In this document: one piece after another, positions 11,860 through 24,920 of the stretch
Layout of the letters: every line of letters starts with the position of its first letter
Numbering within the stretch: the first letter of the stretch is position 1
Assembly: GCA_002269645.1 (NCBI GenBank)
Contig: NIVC01002440.1
Location: forward strand, 62,001 to 126,000
Length of the DNA stretch: 64,000 nucleotides
Source: Macrostomum lignano
Lineage: Eukaryota
Direction: 5' to 3'
Notes under the pieces: model-generated
Databases searched by the model: none
What the model was told of the DNA's origin: nothing
Seen by the model: the letters and a program-made list of their open reading frames with translations, nothing else
Position numbers and translations under genes: made by a program

Positions 11860-13566
11860 CCTAACCCCCTGATCCCCTGATGCAGTCTCAACCCCCTGAT
11901 CCCCAGATGCAGCCTCAACCCCCTGATCCCCTGATGCAGTCTCAACCCTCAGATTCCTAGATGCAGTCTCAACCCCCAGATCCCCAGGTGCAGTCTCAAC
12001 CCCCAGCTCCCAAGGTGCAGTCTCAACCCCCAGATCCCCAGGTGCAGTCTCAACCCCCAGCTCCCAAGGTGCAGTCTCAACCCCCAGCTCCCAAGGTGCA
12101 GTCTCAACCCCCAGACCCCCAGGTGCAGTCTCAACCCCAGACCCCCAGGTGCAGTCTCAACCCCCCAGACCCCCAGGTGCAGTCTCAACCCCCAGGTGCA
12201 GTCTCAACCCCCAGATCCCCAGGTGCAGTCTCAACCCCCAGACCCCCAGATGCAGTCTCAACCCCCAGACCCCCAGGTGCAGTCTCAACCCCCAGACCCC
12301 CAGGTGCAGTCTCAACCCCCAGATGCAGTCTCAACCCCCAGATCCCCAGGTGCAGTCTCAATCCCCAGAACCCCAGGTGCAGTCTCAACCCCCAGACCCC
12401 CAGATGCAGTCTCAACCCCCAGACCCCCAGGTGCAGTCTCAACCCCCAGACCCCCAGATGCAGTCTCAACCCCCAGATCCCCAGGTGCAGTCTCAACCCC
12501 CAGACCCCCAGATGCAGTCTCAACCCCCAGACCCCCAGGTGCAGTCTCAACCCTCAGATCCCCAGGTGCAGTCTCAACCCCCAGATTCCCAGATGCAGTC
12601 TCAACCCTCAGACGCAGTCTCAACCCTCAGATCCCCAGATGCAGTCTCAACCCTCAGATCCCCAGGTGCAGTCTCAACCCCCAGATTCCCAGATGCAGTC
12701 TCAACCCTCAGACGCAGTCTCAACCCCCAGACCCCCAGGTGCAGTCTCAACCCCCAGACCCCCAGATGCAGTCTCAACCCCCAGCTCCCAAGGTGCAGTC
12801 TCAACCCTCAGATCCCCAGATGCAGTCTCAACCCTCAGATCCCCAGATGCAGTCTCAACCCCCAGATCCCCAGGTGCAGTCTCAACCCTCAGACGCAGTC
12901 TCAACCCCCAGATCCCCAGGTGCAGTCTCAACCCCCAGACCCCCAGATGCAGTCTCAACCCCCAGACCCCCAGGTGCAGTCTCAACCCTCAGATCCCCAG
13001 GTGCAGTCTCAACCCCCAGATTCCCAGATGCAGTCTCAACCCTCAGACGCAGTCTCAACCCTCAGATCCCCAGATGCAGTCTCAACCCTCAGATCCCCAG
13101 GTGCAGTCTCAACCCCCAGATTCCCAGATGCAGTCTTAACCCTCAGACGCAGTCTCAACCCTCAGACCCCCAGGTGCAGTCTCAACCCCCAGACCCCCAG
13201 ATGCAGTCTCAACCCCCAGCTCCCAAGGTGCAGTCTCAACCCTCAGATCCCCAGATGCAGTCTCAACCCTCAGATCCCCAGATGCAGTCTCAACCCCCAG
13301 ATCCCCAGGTGCAGTCTCAACCCCCAGATTCCCAGATGCAGTCTCAACCCTCAGACGCAGTCTTAACCCCCAGACCCCCAGGTGCAGTCTCAACCCCCAG
13401 ACCCCCAGATGCAGTCTCAACCCCCAGCTCCCAAGGTGCAGTCTCAACCCTCAGATCCCCAGATGCAGTCTCAACCCTCAGATCCCCAGATGCAGTCGCA
13501 ATCCTCAGATCCCCAGGTGCAGTCTCAATCCCCAGATCCCCAGGTGCAGTCTCAATCCCAGATCCC
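11860..13566. repeat. Intronic minisatellite, 27-bp unit with 20-bp variants and higher-order blocks
   Basis: Unit GCAGTCTCAACCCCCAGATCCCCAGGT, inside the last CNOT1 intron. Confidence 0.95.
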
Positions 13567-14108
13567 GGACTTCGAATCCACGCCGAGAAAATGCGAAAAA
13601 TGTAGACAAAGTCTTCACGTGAGCACATTAGTCATGTAATTAGCAAAGCCCCCCGGTCTTATTTTGGCCGGAGAGGCACAGTTCATTATTTTATGAAATG
13701 AGGAATGAAAAGAGAAGAAAATTAGGAGAAAAGGGAAATAAAGTGGGCATTCACAGGTGGTACACACACGGAAAGCTGCTCAGTGTCTGAGCATTCTCAT
13801 TATTATCGCCATCACTGAGCTGCCCCCCCCCCAGCCCAGCCAGGAAACTGAAAGTGGCTGGCAGGTCTATGGAGGCAAGCAAGCGATAGCAGTGTTTCCT
13901 TGAAGCAGAAATATAATGTTTTTACAATGCAATTTGGCCAGATTATTGGCCGGAGCGGCCGGGACAGCTGAGACACGCAGGTTTTCAATTCAATTAGTTT
14001 AGCCAACCAATTAGGACAGATTTTATGACGAAGCGGGCATGGGGGCGCAATAGCCAGCAGTAATTGCAGTATATGGCGAGATTATTAATCAATTTTCAGG
14101 CCACGAGA

Positions 14109-15355
14109 GCCCAGGTTAATAGCCCTGTGACACACAGAGGCCCAGGTGAATAGCCCTGTGACACACACAGGCCCAGGTGAATAGCCCTGTGACACACACA
14201 GGCCCAGGTGAATAGCCCTGTGACACACACAGGCCCAGGTGAATAGCCCTGTGACACACACAGGCCCAGGTGAATAGCCCTGTGACACACACAGGCCCAG
14301 GTGAATAGCCCTGTGACACACACAGGCCCAGGTGAATAGCCCTGTGACACACACAGGCCCAGGTGAATAGCCCTGTGACACACACAGGCCCAGGTGAATA
14401 GCCCTGTGACACACACAGGCCCAGGTGAATAGCCCTGTGACACACACAGGCCCAGGTGAATAGCCCTGTGACACACACAGGCCCAGGTGAATAGCCCTGT
14501 GACACACACAGGCCCAGGTGAATAGCCCTGTGACACACAGGCCCAGGTGAATAGCCCTGTGACACACACAGGCCCAGGTGAATAGCCCTGTTACACACAC
14601 AGGCCCAGGTGAATAGCCCTGTGACACACACAGGCCCAGGTGAATAGCCCTGTGACACACGGCCCAGGTTAACAGCCCTGTGACACACACAGGCCCAGGT
14701 GAATAGCCCTGTGACACACACAGGCTCAGGTGAATAGCCCTGTGACACACACAGGCCCAGGTGAATAGCCCTGTGACACACACAGGCCCAGGTGAATAGC
14801 CCTGTGACACACACAGGCCCAGGTGAATAGCCCTGTGACACACAGAGGCCCAGGTGAATAGCCCTGTGACACACACAGGCCCAGGTGAATAGCCCTGTGA
14901 CACACACAGGCCCAGGTGAATAGCCCTGTGACACACACAGGCCCAGGTGAATAGCCCTGTGACACACACAGGCCCAGGTGAATAGCCCTGTGACACACAC
15001 AGGCCCAGGTGAATAGCCCTGTGACACACACAGGCCCAGGTGAATAGCCCTGTGACACACAGGCCCAGGTGAATAGCCCTGTGACACACACAGGCCCAGG
15101 TGAATAGCCCTGTTACACACACAGGCCCAGGTGAATAGCCCTGTGACACACACAGGCCCAGGTGAATAGCCCTGTGACACACGGCCCAGGTTAACAGCCC
15201 TGTGACACACAGGCCCAGTTTAACAGCCCTGCGACACACACAGGCCCAGGTTAACAGCCCTGTGACACACAGGCCCAGGTTAACAGCCCTGTGACACACA
15301 GGCCCAGGTTAACAGCCCTGTGACACACAGGCCCATGTCAATAGCCCTGTGACAC
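14109..15355. repeat. Intronic minisatellite, 31-bp unit, ~40 copies
   Basis: Unit GGCCCAGGTGAATAGCCCTGTGACACACACA. Confidence 0.95.
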
Positions 15356-15397
15356 GTAAGCAAAAGAACAAATTTCAAGCTCCGATAGCTGACTCAC

Positions 15398-15532
15398 TTT
15401 TCAATGCTTGGCGAGCAGCGCACGAACTCGTGATCCCAGAACCTGTAGCTGGGATTCTTTAGCAGCTCGGTGAAGGTCAGCAGGAGACCCCACGGATGCG
15501 GCCGGTTCACGATCAGGCGCTCCAGCAGCACC
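15398..15532 (-). CDS. CNOT1: CNOT1 coding exon missed by the ORF track
   Basis: cag|G GTG CTG CTG GAG...GAA AA|gtgagt encodes [44 protein letters not shown], the invariant NOT1 C-terminal motif; 135 nt, phases 2/2. Confidence 0.95.
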
Positions 15533-15696
15533 CTGCGGTTCGGTGGGGGGGGGGGGAAGGCGGGCTTGAGATTGAAATCAGCTGAAGGATGCCATTTAGT
15601 GATTCTAGTTTTACTTTCTGTGGCTGCCCCACGTTTCCCCTTGCAGCCTTTTCTGACACCATAGAATCCTCGTGCAACACCCCAGGAACTTTTTGA

Positions 15697-16130
15697 ACAC
15701 CCTAGGGCCTATGATCTTTCTGTAACACCCTAGGATCCTTCTGTAACACCCTACGATCCTTCTGTAACACCCTAGGATCCTTCTGTAACACCCTAGGATC
15801 CTTCTGTAACACCCTATGATCCTTCTGTAACACCCTAGGATCCTTCTGTAACACTCTATGATCCTTCTGTAACACCCTAGGATACTTCTGTAACACCCTA
15901 TGATCCTTCTGTAACACCCTAGGATCCTTCTGTAACACCCTATGATCCTTCTGTAACACCCTATGATCCTTCTGTAACACCCTAGGATCCTTCTGTAACA
16001 CCCTAGGATCCTTCTGTAACACCCTATGATCCTTCTGTAACACCCTATGATCCTTCTGTAACACCCTAGGATCCTTCTGTAACACCATAAGATCCTTCTG
16101 TAACACCCTAGGATCCTTCTGTAACACCCT
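15697..16130. repeat. Intronic minisatellite, 21-bp unit, ~20 copies
   Basis: Unit CCCTA(G/T)GATCCTTCTGTAACA. Confidence 0.95.
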
Positions 16131-16210
16131 TGGTTCTGCTAGCAAACGAAACCATTAAGCAGTTTATCAACTCAACACCCTTTGGGTTTTTAATCAAGTT
16201 GTGTAATCAC

Positions 16211-17013
16211 CTGGTAATCTGCTCCTTAATCTGCTCGTTGTTGCTCTCGCGGAAGAAGAACAACAGGATCTGATTGAAGTAGAAGGTGTGCGAGTTCGGA
16301 TAGCGCAGCTGATTGGCCATGGCGTTGAGCAGCAGGTAGCGGCCCTCGGTACAGCACAGCATGACCAGAGCCTGCAGGGTCTCGGTCTCAACGCAGTGAG
16401 TCATGTTGTACGGCTGCAGCGAGTTGCCGCTCTCGTTGATCCGCTTGACGGCCCGCCTGCCGACGTACAGCACCAGCGCGTTGGTGAGCTCGACATGGTA
16501 GCGCCGGCCCTCCTCGCCGTCGTCAGCCCGGATGCGGCTTTGCACATCCGTGAGGAACTGCACCGGCTTCCGCGTGGCCAGGAAGCCGTCAACCTCCTCG
16601 CGCAGCTTGGCGGGGATGTTGGTCTCCAGGCCGGCGAAGGAGCCGCGCGGCTCCTGTTGCATCTCCGGCAGGGCGCAGCACTGCGAGGCCGGGCTCTGGA
16701 TGGGGTCCAGCAGCTGCACGAACTTGGGGAAGGCGGACAGGACGAGGTTGCGGAGCTGGATGCAGTTGGCGGGGATCACGTCGCACAGGGCATGGTGATA
16801 CTCGCTGATGAAGTCCGGGAAATCGTGCAGCAGCACCAGGATGAGGCGCAGGGTGCCGCGGTACAGCAGGTGCACAGTCTTGATGAAGTTGGCGGTGGCC
16901 AGGAATGGCGCGATAAATTTCAGCAGATCCACCAGCAGCTGGGCGTACATGGACCAGGCCGCCTGGTTGCCGAGGTACTTGGACAGCACGGACCGGTGCG
17001 AGATGCACTCCAC
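16211..17013 (-). CDS. CNOT1: CNOT1 coding exon (Not1 C-terminal domain)
   Basis: cag|GTG GAG TGC...ACC AG|gtgatt; contains YAQLLVDLLKFIAPFL and NAMANQLRYPNSHTFYF. Confidence 0.95.
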
Positions 17014-17122
17014 CTGGGGGTGCGCAGGTTGGGGCGCTGGTGAGGATGCGGTGCTGGCACTGGGAAACTGATACGCGATCCAAGTGGGTGGCAAAGTCTT
17101 CAGGGGATCTGGGAGGGGGGCA

Positions 17123-17775
17123 GTGGCTCAACAGCTGAGGATCTGGGAGTGAGGTGGCGGTGGCCCAACAGCTGAGGATCTGGGAGTGAGGTGGCGGTGG
17201 CTCAACAGCTGAGGATCTGGGAGTGAGGTGGCGGTGGCCCAACAGCTGAGGATCTGGGAGTGAGGTGGCGGTGGCCCAACAGCTGAGGATCTGGGAGTGA
17301 GGTGGCGGTGGCCCAACAGCTGAGGATCTGGGAGTGAGGTGGCGGTGGCCCAACAGCTGAGGATCTGGGAGTGAGGTGGCGGTGGCCCAACAGCTGAGGA
17401 TCTGGGAGTGAGGTGGCGGTGGCCCAACAGCTGAGGATCTGGGAGTGAGGTGGCGGTGGCCCAACAGCTGAGGATCTGGGAGTGAGGTGGCGATGGCTTA
17501 GCAGCTGAGGATCTGGGAGTGAGGTGGCGGTGGCCCAACAGCTGAGGATCTGGGAGTGAGGTGGCGGTGGCCCAACAGCTGAGGATCTGGGAGTGAGGTG
17601 GCGGTGGCCCAACAGCTGAGGATCTGGGAGTGAGGTGGCGGTGGCCCAACAGCTGAGGATCTGGGAGTGAGGTGGCGATGGCTTAGCAGCTGAGGATCTG
17701 GGAGTGAGGTGGCGGTAGCCCAACAGCTGAGGATCTGGGAGTGAGGTGGCGGTGGCCTAGCAACTGAGGATCTGG
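17123..17775. repeat. Intronic minisatellite, 37-bp unit, ~17 copies
   Basis: Unit CAGCTGAGGATCTGGGAGTGAGGTGGCGGTGGCCCAA. Confidence 0.95.
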
Positions 17776-17837
17776 CGGCGAACAGAGAACGCAAAACGGC
17801 CGGTGTCAGTGAAGAAGCCATAAAGCAAGCGCCTTAC

Positions 17838-18315
17838 CCAGCTGTAGGTGAAGGAGGGCGCCTTGGCAGGCCTGACAATGTGCAGCGCATTGGCGAAGGC
17901 CGCCAGCATGGGGACGGTCAAGGTGGTCAGGGTGTTGATCTGCGGACTGTCAGCATCGGCGGTGGCCGGGGAGAGCAGCTCGCTGAACAGAAGGATGAAG
18001 ATCCGCTGGAAGGGCATCGGGTGGAACCGGTCAGACCGGATGTCCTGCTCCTGCAGCAGGGTACCGGAAATGATGCCAAGGATTTTGTTCAGCAGGTTGA
18101 TCTTCGTGCTGGCGCTGCCCTCGCGCTCTCGCTGTCTCTCTATATCTGCGGCAGCCCCATGCTCGCCGCTGTGCTTCACCATCACGGCGATGAGGCGGAT
18201 GTAGGCGTCCAGCTCCTGATAGCAGCTGACCCGGTTGCCAAGGACCTCCTGACCGGACTTGAGCAGAGCGCGGAAGCAGTGCTCCATCACGTAGTCGGTG
18301 GTCAGCCGGAAGAAC
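17838..18315 (-). CDS. CNOT1: CNOT1 coding exon
   Basis: cag|G TTC TTC CGG...AGC TGG|gtaagg; RFFRLTTDY, TKINLLNKILGII and RPAKAPSFTYSW match NOT1. Confidence 0.95.
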
Positions 18316-18442
18316 CTGCGGCGGTGGGAGGGGTGGAGCAGTGATTCGGGGAGTATATGGCTGAATTAAGCAAGTCTAAGTTTGGCAGTCTAATGAGGAA
18401 CGCCTTGAAGTTGATGGTTTTGTATCCCAAGTGCAGACTAAG

Positions 18443-18990
18443 GGACAGACATGAGATCCTGAATCTCAGATGCAGATGATGGGGCAGACATGAGATCCTG
18501 AATCTCAGGTGCAGATTATGTGGCAGACATGAGATCCTGAATCTCAGATGCAGATGATGTGGCAGACATGAGATCCTGAATCTCAGATGCAGATTATGTG
18601 GCAGACATGAGATCCTGAATCTCAGATGCAGATGATGGGGCAGACAAGAGATCCTGAATCTCAGATGCAGATTATGGGGGCAGATCTGAATCTCAGATGC
18701 AGACTATGAAGCAGATCTGAATCTCAGGTGCAGACTATGAAGCAGATCTGAATCTCAGGTGCAGACTATGAAGCAGATCTGAATCTCAGGTGCGACTATG
18801 GGGCAGATCTGAATCTCAGGTGCGACTATGGGGCAGATGAGATCCTGAATCTCAGGTGCAGATTATGGGGCAGATCTGAATCTCAGGTGCAGACTATGAA
18901 GCAGATCTGAATCTCAGGTGCAGATTATGGGGGCAGATCTGAATCTCAGATGCAGATTATGGGACAGACATGAGATCCTGAATCTCAGAT
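18443..18990. repeat. Intronic composite minisatellite (39-bp unit and a shorter ~30-bp unit)
   Basis: Core (GAGATC)CTGAATCTCAG(A/G)TGCAGA. Confidence 0.9.
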
Positions 18991-19026
18991 TATTTAAGAG
19001 TACAGGTTATAAAGCCACAGATTTAC

Positions 19027-21879
19027 CTAGTAATGATATCGTCGGTCTTTAGTATTCCAAACGTCGTCATATCCTTCACGAAGGTGTTGAACCCGCGCTG
19101 GTCCACCACCCGCTGGGTGCTGTACATGTTGTACCACTTCTTCATGAGGTTCTCGCTGGCCTCCTGCAGCCAGTGTGGATCGTCGAACTCCCTGGCCTGA
19201 GAGCAGCCGCTGTACAGATAGGTGGTGGCGGGCTGCTGGTGGGCCTCCAGCAGGCCAAAGTCCAGCAGGCCGCGCACCTGGTGGTAGACCTGGACGTACT
19301 CCCTGGGCACGTGATCTGGCGGAGACTTCTCAATCAGATGGGCGATAACCGCGATGGTGCCGGTGAGGTCGCACTCGTTGAGCACAGTCTGCTCCCGGCT
19401 GTCGTTGAGCACCAGCGCGTGGAACAGGTCCATGACAAACCGCAGGGCTCGCAGGTTGCTCTGCCGGATCTGCTTGGCCAGGTGCGAGTCCACAGCCTGC
19501 AGACTGACGATGTGAATCTTTAGCAGCTCGATGAAGGCGTCGCTATTCCACTTCTGCGGCTCCGGCATGTCCGTCCAGATCTGCGTCACCACGTGACTCA
19601 TGCAGCTGGAGTAGCCCAGGCCGCTGAGCTTGGGCTGGTACATCAGCCTGAGCACCACCGTGTGCGCCTCCTTGTAGCGCTCCAGCACCTCCTGGGGGAA
19701 TTGCGCCTGCATTGGGTGGCGCCGGAACGTCTGGAACAGCGACTGGACGGCCGCCTCCACCACTTTGCTAGCGTAAGCGTCGTTGGCGGACGACTTGGCA
19801 CGCTTGGCCCGCTCGACCAGCACGCGGAGGCGCTGCACCAGCTGGGCGCTGTCCCCGATGCCGGCACCGGCCGCGGCTGTTGAAGTTGGCGTAGCCAGGC
19901 TGGACGAGTTGGCGATGTACTGCGACTGCCGTTCAACCTCGGCCACGATGGTGTCGAACAGCTGGGCAACCTCGTTGCGGTGCTGCGGCTGCGCCGGTGC
20001 GGCCACCTGCGACGCCTGCGGAGGTGGCTGCTGAGGCGGCTGCGAAGGCTGGGCGGCGGCCATGGCCGGCATGGGCGGAGGAACGGCGGGCGGAGCGTCA
20101 CTGGCGAAGCCGGGAACGCAGTTGGCGTACTCGGAGTACACGGCCAGGCTGTTGAGCGGTGGTGGCCCCACGGCCTTGCGCAGCAGGGGCGGCATGAACT
20201 CGTTCTGGTAGCTCAGCTGCTGCTGGTCGAAGTACCGCCTGCCCTCCTGCCGGGCGTGGATGCGCAGCCGGTACTCGGTCTCCAGGGTCACGTCCACCTG
20301 CACCAGGGCCTTCTCAACGCACACCTTCTGTATGTAGGCCGTGCCCAGCTCGAAGTTGTCCTGGGCGATGACGCGGGCGGCGTCCTCGATCAACTCGCGC
20401 TGATGGGCGGTGGGAGAGCTAAGGCCCTGCATGAACTGCTGCTTGAGCTTGGTCTCCATGTTGACGCTCAGCGCCTCTCGGCAGGTGATGAGGGCCATGC
20501 CGGCAGTCAGGCAGCGGGTCATGTTGTGCGCCGCCGACCTAAGGTGGCTCTCGTCGTCGTCCAGGGCAAAGTCTTTGCGCACGACGCCCTCCACGGTGCC
20601 GAGGACGATCCGAACGCAGCGCTGAGCCACAGGCTCCATCAGCTCGCCGACTGTGAGCTCCAGGGTCTGTCGGATGCCGCTGGCCAGGCCTGGGCTGGCC
20701 TGAAGCAGCGGGAGGCCGAGATTCACGTTGAAGAAGGCGCTTAGCGGTCGACTGGTGTCGATGTCGGTCCACTTGAACCTCGGCAGCGGCGGGTTCATGC
20801 CGCCCTGCTGCTGCATGAGCTGCAACGCTGACGGGTCGAGGTGCATCTGAGGCGGCAGCTGCTGCTGGGACGGCGGCGGCAGCGGCTGCTGCGGCTCGAA
20901 CTCCTCGGCTGGGGCGGTCATCCTGGGCGGCAGCTGCTGCTCGTGCTCAGCGGCGGTGGACGGTGCGGCTGCAGAGCCGCGGGCGCCGGCAGCGGAGCCC
21001 CGGATAAGGCAGTTCTCCACTTCGATCTGGCGGATTCGGTCGCTATCGCGCAAGTAGTAGGCGGGATCAAGCTGGTCAAAGTTGATTTCCAGCTTCTTGC
21101 ACAGGATTTCCACTTCGAATTTGAGCGAGTTCTTCACCGCCTTGTCCATGTGCAGCTCCTTGAGCACACGGACGATGCCCATGGTCCAGGGGCTGGGCGG
21201 CCGGAACACGGGGCTCAGGGAGCAGGCCTCCAGAGTGCGGGCTACGAACGGCACGGCGTAGTGCATCTCTACCTGGCCCTTGCAATAGGCCTCCAACAGC
21301 AGGCCCTTCAGGTCCATGTCGTCAAACAGGATTGGCCGGTTCTTTGCTAGGGTGAGCAGGCCCAGAAAGTGCCCGATGTTTTTCAGCAGCGAGCGATCGT
21401 TGTAGTCGTTGAGGTCCGGGCGCATGTTCTGCAGCAGGGCGCGGATGCTGCGGAAGGTCTGCTGCAGGACGATCTCGCGCAGGCGGGGCACATTCAGCGC
21501 GTCCATCAGGTCTACGAACAGCTGATGGAAGTTTGGCTCGGTGGTGACTCGCTTCATCACCAGGTACTGGCCGAGCCAGGGCATGAACTCGTCCGGGACG
21601 GCTCTGCGCAGCTCTTCCGACTTGGTGCTCATGTTTATCTTGCTCAGGTTGTTGAAGATGAAGAACACCGCGTCCTGTACGCCCTCCGGCGGGACGGCCG
21701 CCTCTTCGTTGATTTCGCCTTCGCCGGCTCGGCGAATCTGCGAGTCGGGATCGCCGCTCTGCTGGGACCTGGCGGCCAGCTGGATGCCGATCTGCAGGTC
21801 CTTGGGGAACTTGGCAAAGTTGTTGCTGGTCAGCAGGTGGGCCGCCACCTGGCGATAGTTCACCAGGCTACTCTTGCAT
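19027..21879 (-). CDS. CNOT1: CNOT1 large coding exon (MIF4G CAF1-binding domain, DUF3819, start of Not1 domain)
   Basis: cag|A TGC AAG...ACT AG|gtaaat, 2853 nt; FFIFNNLS, WLGQYLVMKRVTTEPNFH, RSLLKNIGHFLGLLTLAKNRPI and RKDFALD. Confidence 0.97.
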
Positions 21880-21918
21880 CTGCGGGCAGCCGGAGTTGCA
21901 ATTCGAGATGCCAAGGTC

Positions 21919-22430
21919 ATTCTCAATGACATCTAGAGGGCGATCCTCAATGACATCTAGAGGGCGATCCTCAATGACATCTAGAGGGCGATCCTCAATG
22001 GCATCTAGAGGCCATTCTCAATGACATCTAGAGAGCGATCCTCAATGACATCTTGAGGGCGATCCTCAATGACATCTAGAGGCCATTATCAATGACATCT
22101 AGAGGGTGATCCTCAATGACATCTAGAGGCCATTCTCAATGACATCTAGAGGGTGATCCTCAATAACATCTAGAGGGTGATCCTCAATGACATCTAGAGG
22201 ACGATCCTCAATGACATCTAGAGGGCGATCCTCAATGACATCTAGAGGGCGATCCTCAATGACATCTAGAGGCCATTCTCAATGACATCTAGAGGGCGAT
22301 CCTCATTGACATCTAGAGGCCATTCTCAATGACATCTAGAGGGCGATCCTCAATGAAATCTAAAGGGCGATCCTCAATGACATCTAGAGGGCGGTCCATA
22401 ATGACATCTAGAGGGCGATCCTCAATGACA
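21919..22430. repeat. Intronic minisatellite, 24-bp unit, ~21 copies
   Basis: Unit AATGACATCTAGAGGGCGATCCTC. Confidence 0.95.
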
Positions 22431-22513
22431 GCTTAGAGGTGATTTGAATGTCATGAGTGCTTGAGTGCAATTTTCAAGGCTCTTTCAAGACTCAGGCTGG
22501 AAAGGCCGCTCAC

Positions 22514-23165
22514 CTCAACAGAATGTCCACGCCAAAGTTGAAGAATGTCTGCTCTGCCTCGGTCTCGATATTCCGGGTGACAATCAGGCTGAGCAGGCGC
22601 AGGAAGAAGGCCAGCACAGAGTGAGAAGTGAGCTGAAACCCCAGGGCGATCACCTGGCCGAACAGCTCGGCCATGATGGCGCGCTGCTTTGGCGGGAAGC
22701 TGGTGGGAATGTGGTGGAACTCGTCGACCAGCACGCGAAGGAAATAATTGCACAGCGGCTTCTCCTTGGGCTCGCGCAGCATGTTGAACACCTCGTCGGA
22801 GGTGATGGTGCCGCTGAACAGGCTCTTCATCATCATGTTGATGCGCTCGTCCAGCTCGGGCGGGCTGGGCGCCGTCAGCTCAGGCGGCAGCGAGGGCCCG
22901 AATCTGCCAGCGGGCGGTATGGGCGGCATGGGCTGCTGGTGCGGGTGATGGTGCATCGACATCGGCATGGGAGGCTGCGGCGGCTGCTGCGACACCTGCG
23001 GCGGCGGCAAGGCGAGTCCAGCAGGCGAGCCGATGGGAATGGCGGACATGGGGATCTTGTGCTTGGGCGTGGCCAGGCCGGGCTGCTGCTGCTGGGGCAC
23101 GAAGCCGGGCAGTTGGCTGGCCAGAGTCTGCTTCAGCATGGCGGAGGCTGGCGACATAGGCAGGC
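22514..23165 (-). CDS. CNOT1: CNOT1 coding exon (Pro/Gln linker and diverged TTP-binding-like HEAT domain)
   Basis: cag|GC CTG CCT ATG...TTG AG|gtgagc; phases 1/2 consistent with neighbouring exons. Confidence 0.88.
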
Positions 23166-23554
23166 CTGCGGGATCAAACGACCAGAGTAGAGTAGTTGCA
23201 AACTGCGTTGCCAGTTTTTCGATACATCAGTTATAGACAACAACGAACAGTGAAGCTACTGCAAGTAGCCAGTTAAACAATTTTATTATTTTCACATCAC
23301 CGACATTCAGTGAGCGAATCGCATCAGATGTACATTCAACTGATTGCAGCAAAATTGTGGGACTCCAATTCCATTTTATATTTTTCTATGCCTGTGAGCT
23401 GCGGTTTCGGCTGCATGGCTTGTGATTAATATCGATCCCCCTCACCCATCCTCTACATCTCGCATTGAAGCGTTAAATATACACACAAAAAGCCACTTAT
23501 TGATACAATAAGATACAACAGCTATATGCTTCAACAAATGCAGTGAAAACTCAC

Positions 23555-24227
23555 CGGCCAGCTGCGAGCTGATGGTGGGCACCGGCGCTCCAATCATCGC
23601 TGCGGCCGCGGCCGCCGTGGTCGCCTTCGCAAACGGCGGCTGCTGCTGTTGCTGCGGCGGCGGCTGAGGCGGCGGAACTGGCGGCTGCTGCTGCTGTTGA
23701 AGGTCGCGCCCGGTTGCCATAGTGACATATTTGTTAAAGCTAATCTTCATCAGGTCGAACTCGGTCTTAATCTCTGACGCCAAGGTCAGCCGGTCCTGCC
23801 GCCGGTCCAGGCACTGCAGGATGGTCTTGACGGAGACGGCGTCCACCTGAGCGGCCCGCATCTGGTCTGTCGGATCGTCCTTGCCCACCATGCGGCCGGC
23901 CCGGCCGGCCAGGAACTTCAGCGCGGCCTGGGCAAACTGGTCGCCGTACTCGGCCAGCCGCTCGGTTACCCAGGCCTCCAGCTTGACGTAGTCCCGCTTG
24001 GCGGCCAGGCAGGCCAGGCTGAGGCTAAACAGGTGGTTGTGCGACTTCAGCACCCAGGCCAGGGTGTCCATGGCCGGCCCGTTGGGCAGCATTTCCAGCA
24101 CCAGGTCCAGGGCGCGGCTGGCCCGGTAGCCCTCGCCCGCCACGGCCTCTCCTTCCGAGACCCAGTCGACCAGGGCGTGCAGGAGGATCGGCCGCACTTG
24201 GGCGAAATTCCACGCGTAGTTTAGCAG
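23555..24227 (-). CDS. CNOT1: CNOT1 coding exon
   Basis: cag|CTG CTA AAC TAC GCG TGG...GCC G|gtgagt; SLACLAAKRDYVKLEAWVTERL matches NOT1. Confidence 0.92.
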
Positions 24228-24339
24228 CTGGGCGGCGAGGGGAAGAGAAAGAATCGGTGTGAAGTTTGAGTGGAATAAAATTGCGGGAGTGGGGATTTGG
24301 GAATTTAATATTAAATTAGAATCTAGCGAGGTGGCGAGA

Positions 24340-24890
24340 GGGGAAGGGCAGGATGAGATGGGGATCTGGGGTGGCAGGATGAGATGGGGATCTGGGAAGG
24401 TGGCAGGATGAGATGGGGATCTGGGGTGGCAGGATGAGATGGGGATCTGGGAAGGTGGCAGGATGCAATGGGGATCTGGGGTGGCAGAATGCAATGGGAT
24501 CTGGGAAGGTGGCAGGATGCAATGGGGATCTGGGGTGGCAGAATGCAATGGGATCTGGGAAGGTGGCAGGATGAGATGGGGATCTGGGGTGGCAGGATGA
24601 GATGGGAATCTGTGAAGGAGGCAGGATGAGATGGGGATCTGGGGTGGCAGGATGAGATGGGGATCTGGGGTGGCAGGATGAGATGGGGATCTGGGGTGGC
24701 AGGATGAGATGGGGATCTCAGGTGGCAGGATGCAATGGGGATCTCAGGTGGCAGGATGCAATGGGCATCTCAGAAGGCGGCAGGATGCAATGGGGATCTG
24801 GGAAGGCGGCAGGATGCAATGGGGATCTGGGAAGGCGGCAGGATGCAATGGGTATCTCAGAAGGCGGCAGAATAAAATTGGGATCTGGAA
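24340..24890. repeat. Intronic minisatellite, ~26-29-bp units
   Basis: Unit GGCAGGATG(AG/CA)ATGGGGATCTGGG(GT/AAGGT). Confidence 0.92.
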
Positions 24891-24920
24891 CAAAAGCAGA
24901 AAATTCGCAAAGCAATTCAC

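Noticed and set aside
11949-15299. Many 100-470 aa ORFs in the last CNOT1 intron
   Set aside because: Translations of 27- and 31-bp minisatellites between exons whose phases already match.
17123-17775. CRISPR-like appearance of 29-37 bp repeats (also 45.3 kb and 62.5 kb)
   Set aside because: Units are directly adjacent with no unique spacers, no cas genes are present, and the context is a eukaryotic intron or intergenic region.
19142-21929. Plus-strand and alternative-frame ORFs overlapping CNOT1 exons (same for 46.5-48.7 kb and 57.5-59.5 kb)
   Set aside because: Expected shadows of GC-rich coding sequence; no independent homology or start/stop logic.
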